From Paraspadella gotoi (lineage: Eukaryota; Animalia; Chaetognatha): a stretch of DNA of 63,836 nt. Within the stretch, counting starts at the first letter, position 1, and each line of letters starts with the position of its first letter. Of this stretch, positions 1 to 10,220 are shown piece by piece. The notes under the pieces are model-generated. The model was not told where the DNA came from and searched no databases. It saw only the letters and a list, made by a program, of their open reading frames with translations. The position numbers were made by a program, and so were the translations under genes. Where the stretch lies: NCBI GenBank assembly GCA_051294375.1, contig CM119267.1, positions 23,522,257-23,586,092 on the forward strand, given 5' to 3'.

Positions 1-101
1 TCTCTTCTTTTTTCTTCTTCTCTTTCTTTCCCAGCTTCCTTCTCCTTTTCATCTTCCTCTTCCCTTCTCCCCCCCCCTACCGCTTCCCTTCCCTTCCTCA
101 C

Positions 102-230
102 TTGACGCATTTCTGATGGAACTTCTTCAATCTCAAATCGTAAGCGATGGCACAAAACTGGCATCCATCGTCGTACGAATGGCATTTTTCGGCTGCGGCG
201 CCATGTAGAGCCCGAGAGGATATGCAACAC
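102..230 (-). CDS. Gene A exon 2: Cys-rich Ly6/uPAR-like domain, N-terminal half (CCISSRALHGAAAEKCHSYDDGCQFCAIAYDLRLKKFHQKCVK); gene continues beyond the window edge
   Basis: cag| acceptor and AA|GTGAGG donor, 129 nt, phase 2-2. Cys pattern CC..C..CxFC..QxCVK matches gene B, with the intron at the same CVK position. Confidence 0.8.
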
Positions 231-321
231 CTGTTATTATTGGAACGAGATTGAATATTCGCTAAATAGTAAAAAGATGCGAAAATTATTTGACGTTTTA
301 ATAAAAACAAAATGTACTAAC

Positions 322-401
322 TTGACTTTAGTTTGCTCGGGGTCCGCCAAACGCGCTGTCGCCACCAGAAAGGAAAACAAAGCGATTATACAAATGAACA
401 T
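322..401 (-). CDS. Gene A exon 1: signal peptide of a Ly6/uPAR-like secreted or surface protein (MFICIIALFSFLVATARLADPEQTKVK)
   Basis: ATG at 401-399 followed by a hydrophobic signal-like N-terminus. Phase-2 donor AA|GTTAGT joins in frame, across a 91-bp intron (231-321), to exon 102-230. Confidence 0.75.
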
Positions 402-785
402 TCTGAAAAACGGGTAGACGGAGTTTGCAAAATATATATAAAAAATACTCCCGAAATTAGTACGTACGTAATAATGATTGAGTAAGTATTTAGTACAATA
501 ATATCAACATTTAAAGCCGAAATAATTGTGATATTTTTTCACGGATAGGTAAGTAACAGTATATTAAGTAAATGTTTAGGTTTATAAAATAAAACAGAAT
601 AAAAGTATTTCATTAAAAAAAATCGATAGAAGCGGCCAAAAATATTTTAATAAAAAATAGTTTGAAAATAGTTTGATTGATTAAGATTTAACTTCTACTA
701 CTGTATTTATAGTGTTACAAGAAGCTGATGATATTGTCTAGATTAAAAAAAAAAGAAATTAATAATATCAAATGACTAATGACAA

Positions 786-891
<106 letters not shown>

Positions 892-1449
892 TATAACGAC
901 ATTATCAATAATAATCTTCTTCATCATCGTATTATCAAGCAGGCACCAAATAATTTCATAAAAATAGTTACATGCGATGGATTATTAAAATAATATATTA
1001 AATGTGCATTAATTCGATATCAGCTATATAATTATTAACACCTCAATAAATAATTAAATAATAAAATGTTAAAGAAACCACATTATATCAAAATTATAAT
1101 AGTTTCTAAGTAATTAACTCAACATTGTCATTGATAGGCGTCAATTTCAGGAGAAATAAGAGACTTTCAACTCTCATTTAAAAAAAAAAAATTGGGTAAA
1201 ATTTAAGATAATCTAAACAAACAAACAGAAATAATACATGAGCTTCCAAACTCCAAGTAGCGAGGCGATGTATCCGGCTGAATTTTATTCAGTTCATTGT
1301 TTGAATTATCAACTGTCATTGACATCAAATGAATTCATACATTTTAAATAAAAGTCGGTCGGATAGATCAATTATCTTTTTTTAAAGCTGAAGTTCGTTG
1401 TGCTCCACATGTTTTTGAGATTAACAAAAAAAAAGACAGGTAATCTGGA

Positions 1450-1570
1450 AGTGAATAAACGAGACGGTGAGAGAGAGCCTTGATTGAAAGTTTGTAAGGG
1501 CCTTGCTATGTCATTATCTTGTTAAAGTGACGGAGGCCTTAAACCACCAAAGCCTGCCCAAAGTCAGGGG
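1450..1570 (+). repeat. Dispersed repeat, unclassified; inverted diverged copy at ~27755-27864
   Basis: ggaggccttaaaccaccaaagcctg and its flanks are the reverse complement of caggctttggtggtttaaggcctcc at ~27760-27790. Confidence 0.8.
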
Positions 1571-1703
1571 AAAGATTATTTATTGAATGAATAGCTAATT
1601 TTTATATTTTGATTGTACCAATTTCATAACTAAATTTAAATTTAAATATAATAAAATAGTCAATTTAACAACGCCAAATTTTTTAGTTTTTTCTTTTTCC
1701 TCG

Positions 1704-1807
1704 TTATGCCATCATGACCAAAACCGACGCCGCTGCCAGGACGCCGATCCACTTAAAGGCGGCGACGGTGGCGACGCCATTTTCCGGCGCCACGGTCGTA
1801 TTCGCCA

Positions 1808-1839
<32 letters not shown>

Positions 1840-1884
1840 GGCGTCGTCGTCGGGTTGAGATACGCCCATTTTCGAATCGGAAAT
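1704..1884 (-). CDS. Gene B exon 5: Thr-rich stalk and GPI-anchor-type C-terminus (FPIRKWAYLNPTTTPVT9MANTTVAPENGVATVAAFKWIGVLAAASVLVMMA*)
   Basis: cag| acceptor in phase 2, 181 nt to TAA at 1706-1704. Small-residue omega candidate (N-G), a spacer and a terminal hydrophobic stretch with no cytoplasmic tail. Confidence 0.8.
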
Positions 1885-2212
1885 CTGATTGAGGACAGCG
1901 GCGGTTATAATTATGATGATAATGACGATGGGGATAAGATTAAAAAATAGATAGCTATTGTTTTATACTTGAATTACATCAGACATCACAGTTTTCTATC
2001 ATATGTCCAATTTTGCAGAGTCCATTGTCGAACTTTCCTAAAGAATTTTTACAATCTCTTTAGTCTTCAATGACACCATAACCTGTCCAAAGTCTGGTGG
2101 AAGCAAGATAGATTATTTATTTAATAAATGTATGTTTTAATATTATTTTATTCTATTACTTTATTATTCATTCACCTACTTCTTTCAAATCTCTCCAGTC
2201 AAGCAATAACTG

Positions 2213-2439
2213 TGGATAAGGCGCTACGTGGGCTGAAGATGACTGTCCGTAACTTCTATAACCCCCTCTAGCAGCCATGGAACGGGTCCCTGGGCTTGGA
2301 ACCAGGCTTGAGGGTTTGCCATGCCCCCAAGGCGGCTTACGGCCGTCCTCACGCTTCGCAGGGTAGGTACCGGGTTGGGATTGAACCCGGTACCTAGATG
2401 GTCATGAAGCTGATGGCTTTACTCAATGAGCCAGCGGTC
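2213..2439 (-). mobile_element. tRNA-derived SINE, family 1, copy 1 (gene B intron 4)
   Basis: Minus-strand head has an A-box-like TGGCTCATTGAGTAAAGC and a B-box-like GGTTCAATCCC. Colinear diverged copy at 3690-3894. Confidence 0.75.
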
Positions 2440-2554
2440 ACAACTGAAAGCTCATGTTTCTAGGCGGGAAACCTAGGCAATGCCCGACTAATAACTTTCG
2501 CAAAATGTTTTATTAATTAAAGTCTTAAGTCTTAATGTCAATCTTCTGGCCCAC

Positions 2555-2866
2555 TATCTCACTTCACAGACCCACTCTCTCACTTCACTGACTCATTCTC
2601 TCACATCACTGACTCATTCTCTCACTTCACAGACCCTCTCTCTCACTTCACTGACACACTCTCTCACTTCACTGACACACTCTCTCACCTCACAGATCCA
2701 CTCTCTCACTTCACTGATTCATTCTCTCACTTCACAGACCCACTCTCTCACTTCACTGACAGACTCTCTCACTTCACTGACACACTCTCTCACCTCACAG
2801 ATCCACTCTCTCACTTCACTGATTCATTCTCTCACTTCACAGATCCACTCTCTCACCTCACAGACC
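2555..2866. repeat. 21-bp minisatellite, ~15 units (ctctcacttcactgacacact-like), overlapping the gene B exon 4 donor
   Basis: cacttca/cacctca recurs at 2560, 2581, ... 2854 with exact period 21. Confidence 0.95.
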
Positions 2867-3231
2867 ACTCGTCGATTACGTTATCCGAATTCGTGTAACA
2901 TCGAACTTGAACATCTAGTTTATTTCTCAAGTTCTTAGCGAGTTCAAAGTCTATGGTGCTAAGCTCTGTCTCTCCGCTGTCGAGCTCTGTCTCTCCAAGG
3001 TCGAGCTCTGTCTCTCCAAGGTCGAGCTCTGTCTCTCCGCTGTCAAGCTCTGTCTCTCCAATGTCGAGCTCTGTCTCTCCAATGTCGAGCTCTGTCTCTT
3101 CAATGTCGAGCTCTGTCTCCAAGGTGTCAAGCTCGCCCTCCAAGCTTCCCTTCATAGTCTCTACGGTGTAGGTCGCGACGCAGTGATCTTGCTTCCAGTC
3201 TTTAGGATTCACTTCCGTGTTTTTCGCGCAC
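2857..3231 (-). CDS. Gene B exon 4: degenerate second Cys domain with an acidic ETELDxG heptad array
   Basis: Open frame between a pyrimidine-rich acceptor (start 3231 in phase 2, or 3233 in phase 0) and donor AG|GTGAGA. In frame with exon 5. Confidence 0.7.
2962..3135. repeat. 21-bp coding minisatellite, ~8 units (gagctctgtctctccaaggtc)
   Basis: Direct tandem units; encodes ETELDxG on the minus strand. Confidence 0.95.
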
Positions 3232-3267
3232 CTCTGGAGGCGGAAACGTGAGAGGCGATCAGATGTT

Positions 3268-3317
<50 letters not shown>

Positions 3318-3689
3318 ACTCACCCTTATCAATTTAGCGTTATCTTCATTGTAAGGGTCATAAGTGGCGATGTTAACTTCTCCCGATTTGCATATTGAAA
3401 TTTTTTCGGATTTTCTGTCAACAAAAAAAAATGAGACCGAAATATTGTGTACATGGGTCCATTAGTTAGAATTTCATCTGGGGTTTAGGTTAATTGGAGT
3501 AAGCGAATACTTAACAGATTTTTTTTTGAATATTGCTACTATTGTTTTCTAACTTTTTACAACCGTTTTCAAAATATTTCACTTTTTAACAAACTTATCT
3601 TCACTCATTCCCAAAGACTTCCCCATCCATCTGCTCTCGACCAAGATCTCACCATTTCACACTCCAATCAACCTTTTTTAAAATCCTAA

Positions 3690-3894
3690 GGATAAAGTGG
3701 GGCTGAAGACTACGATCCGCCACCTCGGCAGCAATGGAACGGGTTCCTGGGCTTGGAACCAGGCTTGAGGGTTTTCCACGTCCCCAAGGCGGTTTACGGC
3801 CATCCCCACTCTTCCCGCTGGGTAGGTACGATTGGGGATCGATCCCGGTACCTAATGGTCAGAAGCTAATGGCTTTACTCGATGAGCCAGTGAC
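3690..3894 (-). mobile_element. tRNA-derived SINE, family 1, copy 2 (gene B intron 3)
   Basis: Shares the body ctgggcttggaaccaggcttgagggttt and the A/B-box head with 2213-2439. Confidence 0.75.
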
Positions 3895-3939
3895 TACAAT
3901 CCTTCCACGAGCCATTCCTCTCATCACCTTTAAACAAGC

Positions 3940-4180
3940 ATCCCCAAATCTTCATGAGTCCCCTATCCCCATTCCTTGATTCCCGATCCCAATTCCCTGA
4001 TCCCCATTCCTTGATCCCCGATCCCAATTCCCTGATCCCCATTCCTTATTCCCGATTCCAATTCCCAGATCCTCATACCTTAATCCCAGATCCAAATTCC
4101 CTGACCCCCACTCCTTGATCCCCGATCCCAATTCCCCGATCCCCATCCCTTGTTCCCCGATTCAAAATCCCCGATCCTCG
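3940..4180. repeat. Degenerate ccccgatcccaatt tandem repeat (intron 3); related inverted tract at ~4865-4960
   Basis: Repeating ccccgat/cccaatt/ccttgat motifs. Confidence 0.85.
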
Positions 4181-4188
4181 CTCCTTAC

Positions 4189-4338
4189 ACTATAGGCCAC
4201 ACGTCTCTCCCGATGCGCATCATTCTCCCCATGACGTTGCACTTGTCCTCCGCGCATGCGCAGCGGACGATGGCGTCTTCGTCGGAGGTGACGGGGGCGT
4301 AACCGCAGCTCCCTTTGCCGCGAAGAGATGTGAAAAGT
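4189..4338 (-). CDS. Gene B exon 3 (LFTSLRGKGSCGYAPVTSDEDAIVRCACAEDKCNVMGRMMRIGRDVWPIV)
   Basis: Polypyrimidine tract plus cag| acceptor. Carries the Ly6/uPAR-type terminal motif CxCxxDxCN. Donor GT|GTAAGG; an alternative phase-0 end at 4191 is possible. Confidence 0.8.
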
Positions 4339-4349
4339 CTGAGGGAGGA

Positions 4350-4458
<109 letters not shown>

Positions 4459-4772
4459 TTGTGTGTGGGAATGAGGAATAGTCGAAAATGATTTCAGTAA
4501 ATGAGCGTGTGTACTGTGTAGCTAATGTGTAATTGTGTATCAATGATAATCGTTCAAAATTACTGAATATAAAAATAAAATGAATAAACAAACTAATACA
4601 TAAATATATAAATAAATTAATAAATATATAAATAAATAATTAAAAAAATAAATACAAAATTAAATTAGTAAACAAATAAGTAAAAAAATAAATAAATAAG
4701 TAAATAAAAAAAATAAACAAATAAACAAATAAATAAATAACCCCCTCCCATGAACCTCGTATCAGGTCTGAC

Positions 4773-4862
4773 TTGACGCAAGATTGTCCAAAAGGTCTCG
4801 CGTGATTCGAGGCGTTGAAGGAGAAGACGCAAAAGTCGCAATCCAGTTGGACCACGCCGACG
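4773..4862 (-). CDS. Gene B exon 2 (VGVVQLDCDFCVFSFNASNHARPFGQSCVK)
   Basis: ccccag| acceptor and AA|GTCAGA donor, 90 nt, phase 2-2. The donor position is corroborated by the paralogous exon 102-230. Contains an N-glycosylation sequon (NAS). Confidence 0.8.
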
Positions 4863-5227
4863 CTGGGGATCGGATTGGGGATAGGGGATCGGAAAAGGAA
4901 TCAGAGTGGGGATCGGGGATCGGAGAGGGGATGGGATCGGAAATGAGATCGGAGATGGGATAAGTGAATGCATTAGAAAGGATTACAGAATGGATGAGAG
5001 GGTATAAGAAAGAATAAGAGGAGATTATAGGGACACCGAGGGGGTTTTAAAGCCAGCAGAGGGGATTTGGGTTGAATTACTGAATGTCAGAGTTGATTAG
5101 AATTGATTTTAATAAAAATATTAAAAGAATGATTAGAATTCACTTCTAATAATTACCATTACAATTTTTACAAAAAAAATAAAACAACGATTATAATAAG
5201 AGTGTCAAACTCTAGTAAACCGTCATC

Positions 5228-5312
5228 AAGCCCTTGCCACACCCCTGACGAGATTTGCCACCCCCGTGACGAGCCCTTGCCACACCCCTGACGAGATTTG
5301 CCACACCGCTGA
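5228..5312. repeat. 21/22-bp minisatellite, ~4 units (ccacacccctgacgagatttg), gene B intron 1
   Basis: Direct tandem units next to the exon 1 donor. Confidence 0.85.
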
Positions 5313-5337
5313 CCAGCCTTTGTCAGGCCACTCTCAC

Positions 5338-5561
5338 CTCTCGTTGAAGTAATTGACGATCGTTCTGTATTTATCGCAATTTCTGGCTTCGATCTCGTCA
5401 ATGGGCGGACCGTCTAAACCGTAGACTGTCGGATCCGAGGCGCAGCAGACGATGGCGGACGCCGGAGGGAAACAGAGGAGAAAACAGAGGAGGAAACGAA
5501 GGAACAAAAATAAAAAACAAAAGGCGTCGACGTGCGACTCTTTCGGTCGCGTCCCCGCCAT
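5338..5561 (-). CDS. Gene B exon 1: signal peptide plus start of Cys-rich domain (MAGTRPKESHVDAFCFLFLFLRFLLCFLLCFPPASA-IVCCASDP...YFNES)
   Basis: ATG at 5561-5559, hydrophobic core with an A-S-A cleavage motif, donor AG|GTGAGA (phase 2) in frame with the next exon. Confidence 0.8.
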
Positions 5562-6099
5562 GAGACGTCTTTTGATTTTTATTATTATGTTTTTTGTCTT
5601 TTTTTTGTTTTTTTTTAATATTTCTCTAGTTTTTATGTCGATTGGAAAGCGTTTCTGCTCCTTTTATATTTTTCTGTCGCGAAAAGAGAAATTTCGAAAC
5701 AATATTTTGACGGCCTGTCGATCCGATTACTTTTTGAAGAAATTTTTTTTTAAGTATACTTATTACTTAAGTCTTAAACGCTGGATTTTTTTGGACCTAA
5801 AAATGCACAATAATTTTTATCTCTTTTTTGTCCTAGGTATTTATAAAAAACAAATTAAAAAATATGCATAGTTAATTGCTTTTATTTTGGTTTACTAGTT
5901 GTTATTATCTATAAAAAAAATTTTTTGTCATATCCTTTTTACAAAAAAAATATTCTCCCCTTAAAACCGCAACAGAAATTTTATTTTTTTGTGTTTTAAT
6001 GCGGTTTTTTTTTTGCACCACAAACTTGACATTATAAATAAGGGAAAGTGCTACTTTTTTTATATAATGACTCACTCAGATAAATACTTAATTCTTTCT

Positions 6100-6306
6100 T
6101 ATTCGCAATGCTGGTTTGAAAGTTGGATGATGCCGCGAGCAGTTTACCGTCCGTTGCACACAAAGTCCCGAACTTCGGATTGTGCTGTAGTCCGTCTCTA
6201 TAGATGGGTTAGACGCCCCGACCTGCTTTTACTTGTGTGAATCACCAGGGCGCGAACCCGAATCCTTTGGGTTGGGAGGAGCTCGTGCTTCCTCCGGCGC
6301 CATAGG
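6100..6306 (-). mobile_element. Putative tRNA-derived SINE, family 2 (noisy duplicate at ~8445-8655)
   Basis: Minus strand begins TGGCGCCGGAGGAAGCAC (A-box-like) and has GGGTTCGCGCCC (B-box-like), followed by ~140 bp of GC-balanced body in AT-rich flanks. Confidence 0.5.
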
Positions 6307-7121
6307 TGACGAGTAGCGAATACTACCGCTACAGTATTAAGCATTCATAAATTGCAGAAAAAGATAAGGAACTTTTTAGATTACGTGGTAACACGTTTTA
6401 ATCGATACATTTTTTGTTGCCCACGAAAAATATTCATCAATGACGTAAAATCGTTAAATGCAAATATCGTTGTCGTTGTTGTGTTTAAGAAGTTACCCAA
6501 AGTCTTTAGTAGTTACTATATCCGGGAAAATTATAAAGTCCCGGATATAATTACTTCTTTTTCAGCCCACTAAGCGCCTTATAATCATTTTCTTTTCAAT
6601 ACAGTAGAAAATTGTTATGAAATGGGTACAAACCTTTATAAAAATTTAAATTCATATTTAAGATTGAGTAAAAAAGGGTTTTTAGTTTTCACCCCGATCA
6701 ATTTGTGAAACCAATGAACCCTCACTCAAAAAATCTACATCTCGAACCAAAAAACAACTTGATGCTGGAGACTTTTCATCCTTCCTCCCTGGAACCTTCT
6801 CGGCGAATTGCGCGATTCATTTGCTGACCTCTTTGTTCCCTCTGGCGGTCAGAAAAAAGAAAGAAAAGGTTTTTCCCTTTTTTGATCCTTTTATCCCTCG
6901 TATAGTCTTTTGTCTCCTTTTAATCTTCGGTCACGATTTTCCATGAATCACTTTCTTTGTTTTTGTATGAAATTTAACTTTTTTCTTGAAATAGGAGAGT
7001 AATTTCTTTATGTTGATAAATTAATTAATTAATTAAATAATTAAATAATTAATTATTTATTTTTTTTATTTAATTTATTTATTTATTTATTTATTTATTT
7101 ATTTTATTTATTTATTTATAT

Positions 7122-7156
<35 letters not shown>

Positions 7157-7631
7157 TTTGATTGAAAGATTGATTTATTGATTTATTCGTTTCAGTCATT
7201 TCTTTCTCATATTTTTCTTTTCTTTCTTTACTTCTCCTTTTTATTTTCTTTTTCTTTCTTTCTTTCTTTCTTTTTCTTTCTTTCTTTCTTTCTTTTCTTT
7301 CTTTCTTTCTCTTCTTTCTTTCTTTCTCTTTTTCTTTCTTTCTTCTTTCTTTTTTTCTATCTTTCTTTCTTTCCTAACCAATTATTCGAGCGTTGCCAAG
7401 CGAGTGCTTGCCCGTTGCCATGACAACTTGAAATATCGTTTCGCTGCCGACGATTGTAGCTTTAAATGGTTCCCAGATTTCCAGCGAGAGAGCGAGAGCG
7501 AGAGAGAGAGGGGGAGGAAACAGAGAGAGAAGAGACAGAGGGAGAGAGAAAAAGCGAAATCAGGCCGAGAAGCTCAGCAATAACTGGTCCTATGGTCAAC
7601 CTTTGCTTCATTATAGGGTTTTATTTTATAA

Positions 7632-7684
<53 letters not shown>

Positions 7685-7865
7685 AAGATTAAAAAATGGC
7701 CCGTTCTGCAGTAAATTTGCTAATAAAGGCGTTGATTCATTATTTCATTTTAAATTTAAACTAAAGATTGAAAAAAAAATATTTACAATGGAGAAGCAGG
7801 GATCATAAACAAAATTTGGACGATGATTTTTTNNNNNNNNNNNNNNNNNNNNNNNNNTCACAGAT

Positions 7866-10220
7866 ATGAGACGTCTTTTTGATTTTTATTATTATGTTTT
7901 TTGTCTTTTTTTTTGTTTTTTTTTAATTATTTCTCTATTTTTATGTAAAGATTGCGAAAAGCGTTTCTGCTCCTTTTTATATTTTTTCTGTCGCGGAAAA
8001 GAGAAATTTTCGAAACAATATTTGACGGCCTGTCGATCCGATTACTTTATTGAAAGAAATTTTTTTTAAGTATACTTATTACTTAAGTCTTAAACGTGGA
8101 ATTTTTTTGGACCTAAAAATGCACAATAATTTTTATCTCTTTTTTTGCTTCCTAGTAGCTTATAAAAAACAAATTAAAAAATTATGCATAAGTTAATTGC
8201 TTTTATTTTGGTTTTACTAGTTGTGTTATTTATCTATAAAAAAAATTTTTTGTCATATCCTTTTTAACAAAAAAAATAATATTCTCCCCTTAAAACCGGC
8301 AAAGAATTTTATTTTTTTTTGTTGTTTTTAATTGCGTTTTTTTTTTGCACCACAAACTTGACATTATAAATATATCGGGGAAAGGTGCCTACTTTTCTTA
8401 GTGATCAATGACTCTCCACTCAGATAAATACTTAATTCTTTCTTATTTCGCAATTGCTGGCTTTGAATAGTTGGATGATGCCGCGAAGCAGCTTATCCTT
8501 CTTTGCCACACAAAGCCGAACTTCGGATTGTGCTGCAGTCCGTCTCTTAGATGGGTTAGACGCCACCGACCCTGCTACTTGTTGATCACCAGGGCGCAAC
8601 CGAATCCTTGGGTTGGGCAGGAGCTCTGTTTCTTGCCTCCGGCGGCCCGTTATGGTGACGAGTAGCGAACTCCACTACCGCTACAGTATTAAGCATTCAT
8701 AATTGTCAGAAAAGATACAGGAACTTTTTAGATTACATCGAGTACATTTTTTGTTGCCCACGAAAATATTCATTCAATGACGTAAAATCGTTAATTGCAA
8801 ATATCGTTGTCGTTGTTGTGTTTAAGAAGTACCCAAAGCTCTTTTACGTACTTATATCCGGAGGAAAATATAAAGTCCCGGATATTAATTTACTTCTTTT
8901 TCAAAGGCCCCCCATTTTTTTTTTCATTTTCTTTTCACATACAGTTAGAAATATTTGGTTTTTATGATGATGTAAACCTTTATATAAATTAAATTCATAT
9001 TTAAGATTGAGTAAAAAAGGGTTTTTAGTTTTCACCCCGATCAATTTGGTAAACCAATGAAACCCTGACTCAAAAATTCCTACATCTCGAACCAAAAGGC
9101 AACTTTGATGGCTGAGACTTTTATCCCTTCCTCCCTGGAACCTTCTCGGCGAATTTGCGCGATTTCACTTCTGCTGAACCTCTTTGTTCTCTCTGGCGGT
9201 CAGAAAATAGAATAAGGAAAAGGTTTTCCCTTATTTTGATCTTTTATCCCTCGATTTAGCTTTTGTCTCCTTTTTTAATCTTCGGTCACTATTTTCCATT
9301 GAATCACTTTTTTCTTTGTTTTTGTTATTGAAATTTAACTTTTTCTGTGAACATACGGAGAAGTATTCTCTTGATAAATTAATTACTTAATTCATTATTT
9401 ATTTATTTATTTTTTATTTAATTTATATATATTGTTATTTATTTATTTATTTATTTATTTCATTTATTTATTTATTCTATTCTATTCTATTTATTTATTA
9501 TATTTATTATTTATTTTTTATTTGATTGATTAGATTAAGTTGATTGATTATTTCGTTTTTTAGTCATTTCTTTCTCATATTTTCTTTCTTTTCTTCATTT
9601 CTTTCTTTCTTTCTTTCTTTCTTTCCTCTTCTTCTTTTTCTTTCTTTCTTTCTTTTCTTTTCTTTTCTTTCTTTCCTAACCACATTTTTCGAGCTCTGTT
9701 GTCCAAGCCGGTGGCTTGCTCCGTTGCCATGACACTTGAATATCGTTCCGCTGCCTGACGATTGTTAGCTTTTAAATGGTTCCCTACTTATTTCCAGCGA
9801 TAGCAGCAGAGAGCGAGAGAGCAGATGAGGGCGGTAAACGACGAGGAGACGACAGAGGGAGAGCAGAAAAAAGCGAAATCAGCCAGAGCAATCAAGGCAA
9901 TAACTGGTCCTATGGTCAACCTTTGCTTCGATTTATATGGGTTTATGTAAGATGTGGAAGAAGAGGGAGAGAGAGAAAGAGAGCGGAGAGAGAGGAGAGA
10001 GACGACGAGAGAGAGAGGAGAGAGACGAGAGGAGAGAGAGAGAGAGAATTAAAAAATGGCCCTTTTCAGCAGTAATATTGCTAGTACAAGCGTTGAGTTA
10101 CAGTTTTTCCAAAAATTCAAAAACACTCGTAAAGGTTAGATTGAAGATTTTAAATTCTAAACTAAGAGTTTAAAAAAAAATGTTTCAAATGGAGAACCAG
10201 CGATCCATAAAGCAAATTTC
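7866..10220 (+). other. Error-rich tandem duplicate of 5560-7832 (assembly/haplotype artefact)
   Basis: Starts with the same atgagacgtctttttg sequence just after the 25-N gap at 7833-7857; dense 1-bp indels. Confidence 0.9.

Noticed and set aside
1714-1950. Plus-strand 78-aa ORF with poly-V
   Set aside because: Antisense shadow of gene B exon 5.
6241-6306. Intact tRNA gene
   Set aside because: A/B-box-like motifs are present but there is no convincing cloverleaf or acceptor stem; treated as a SINE head.
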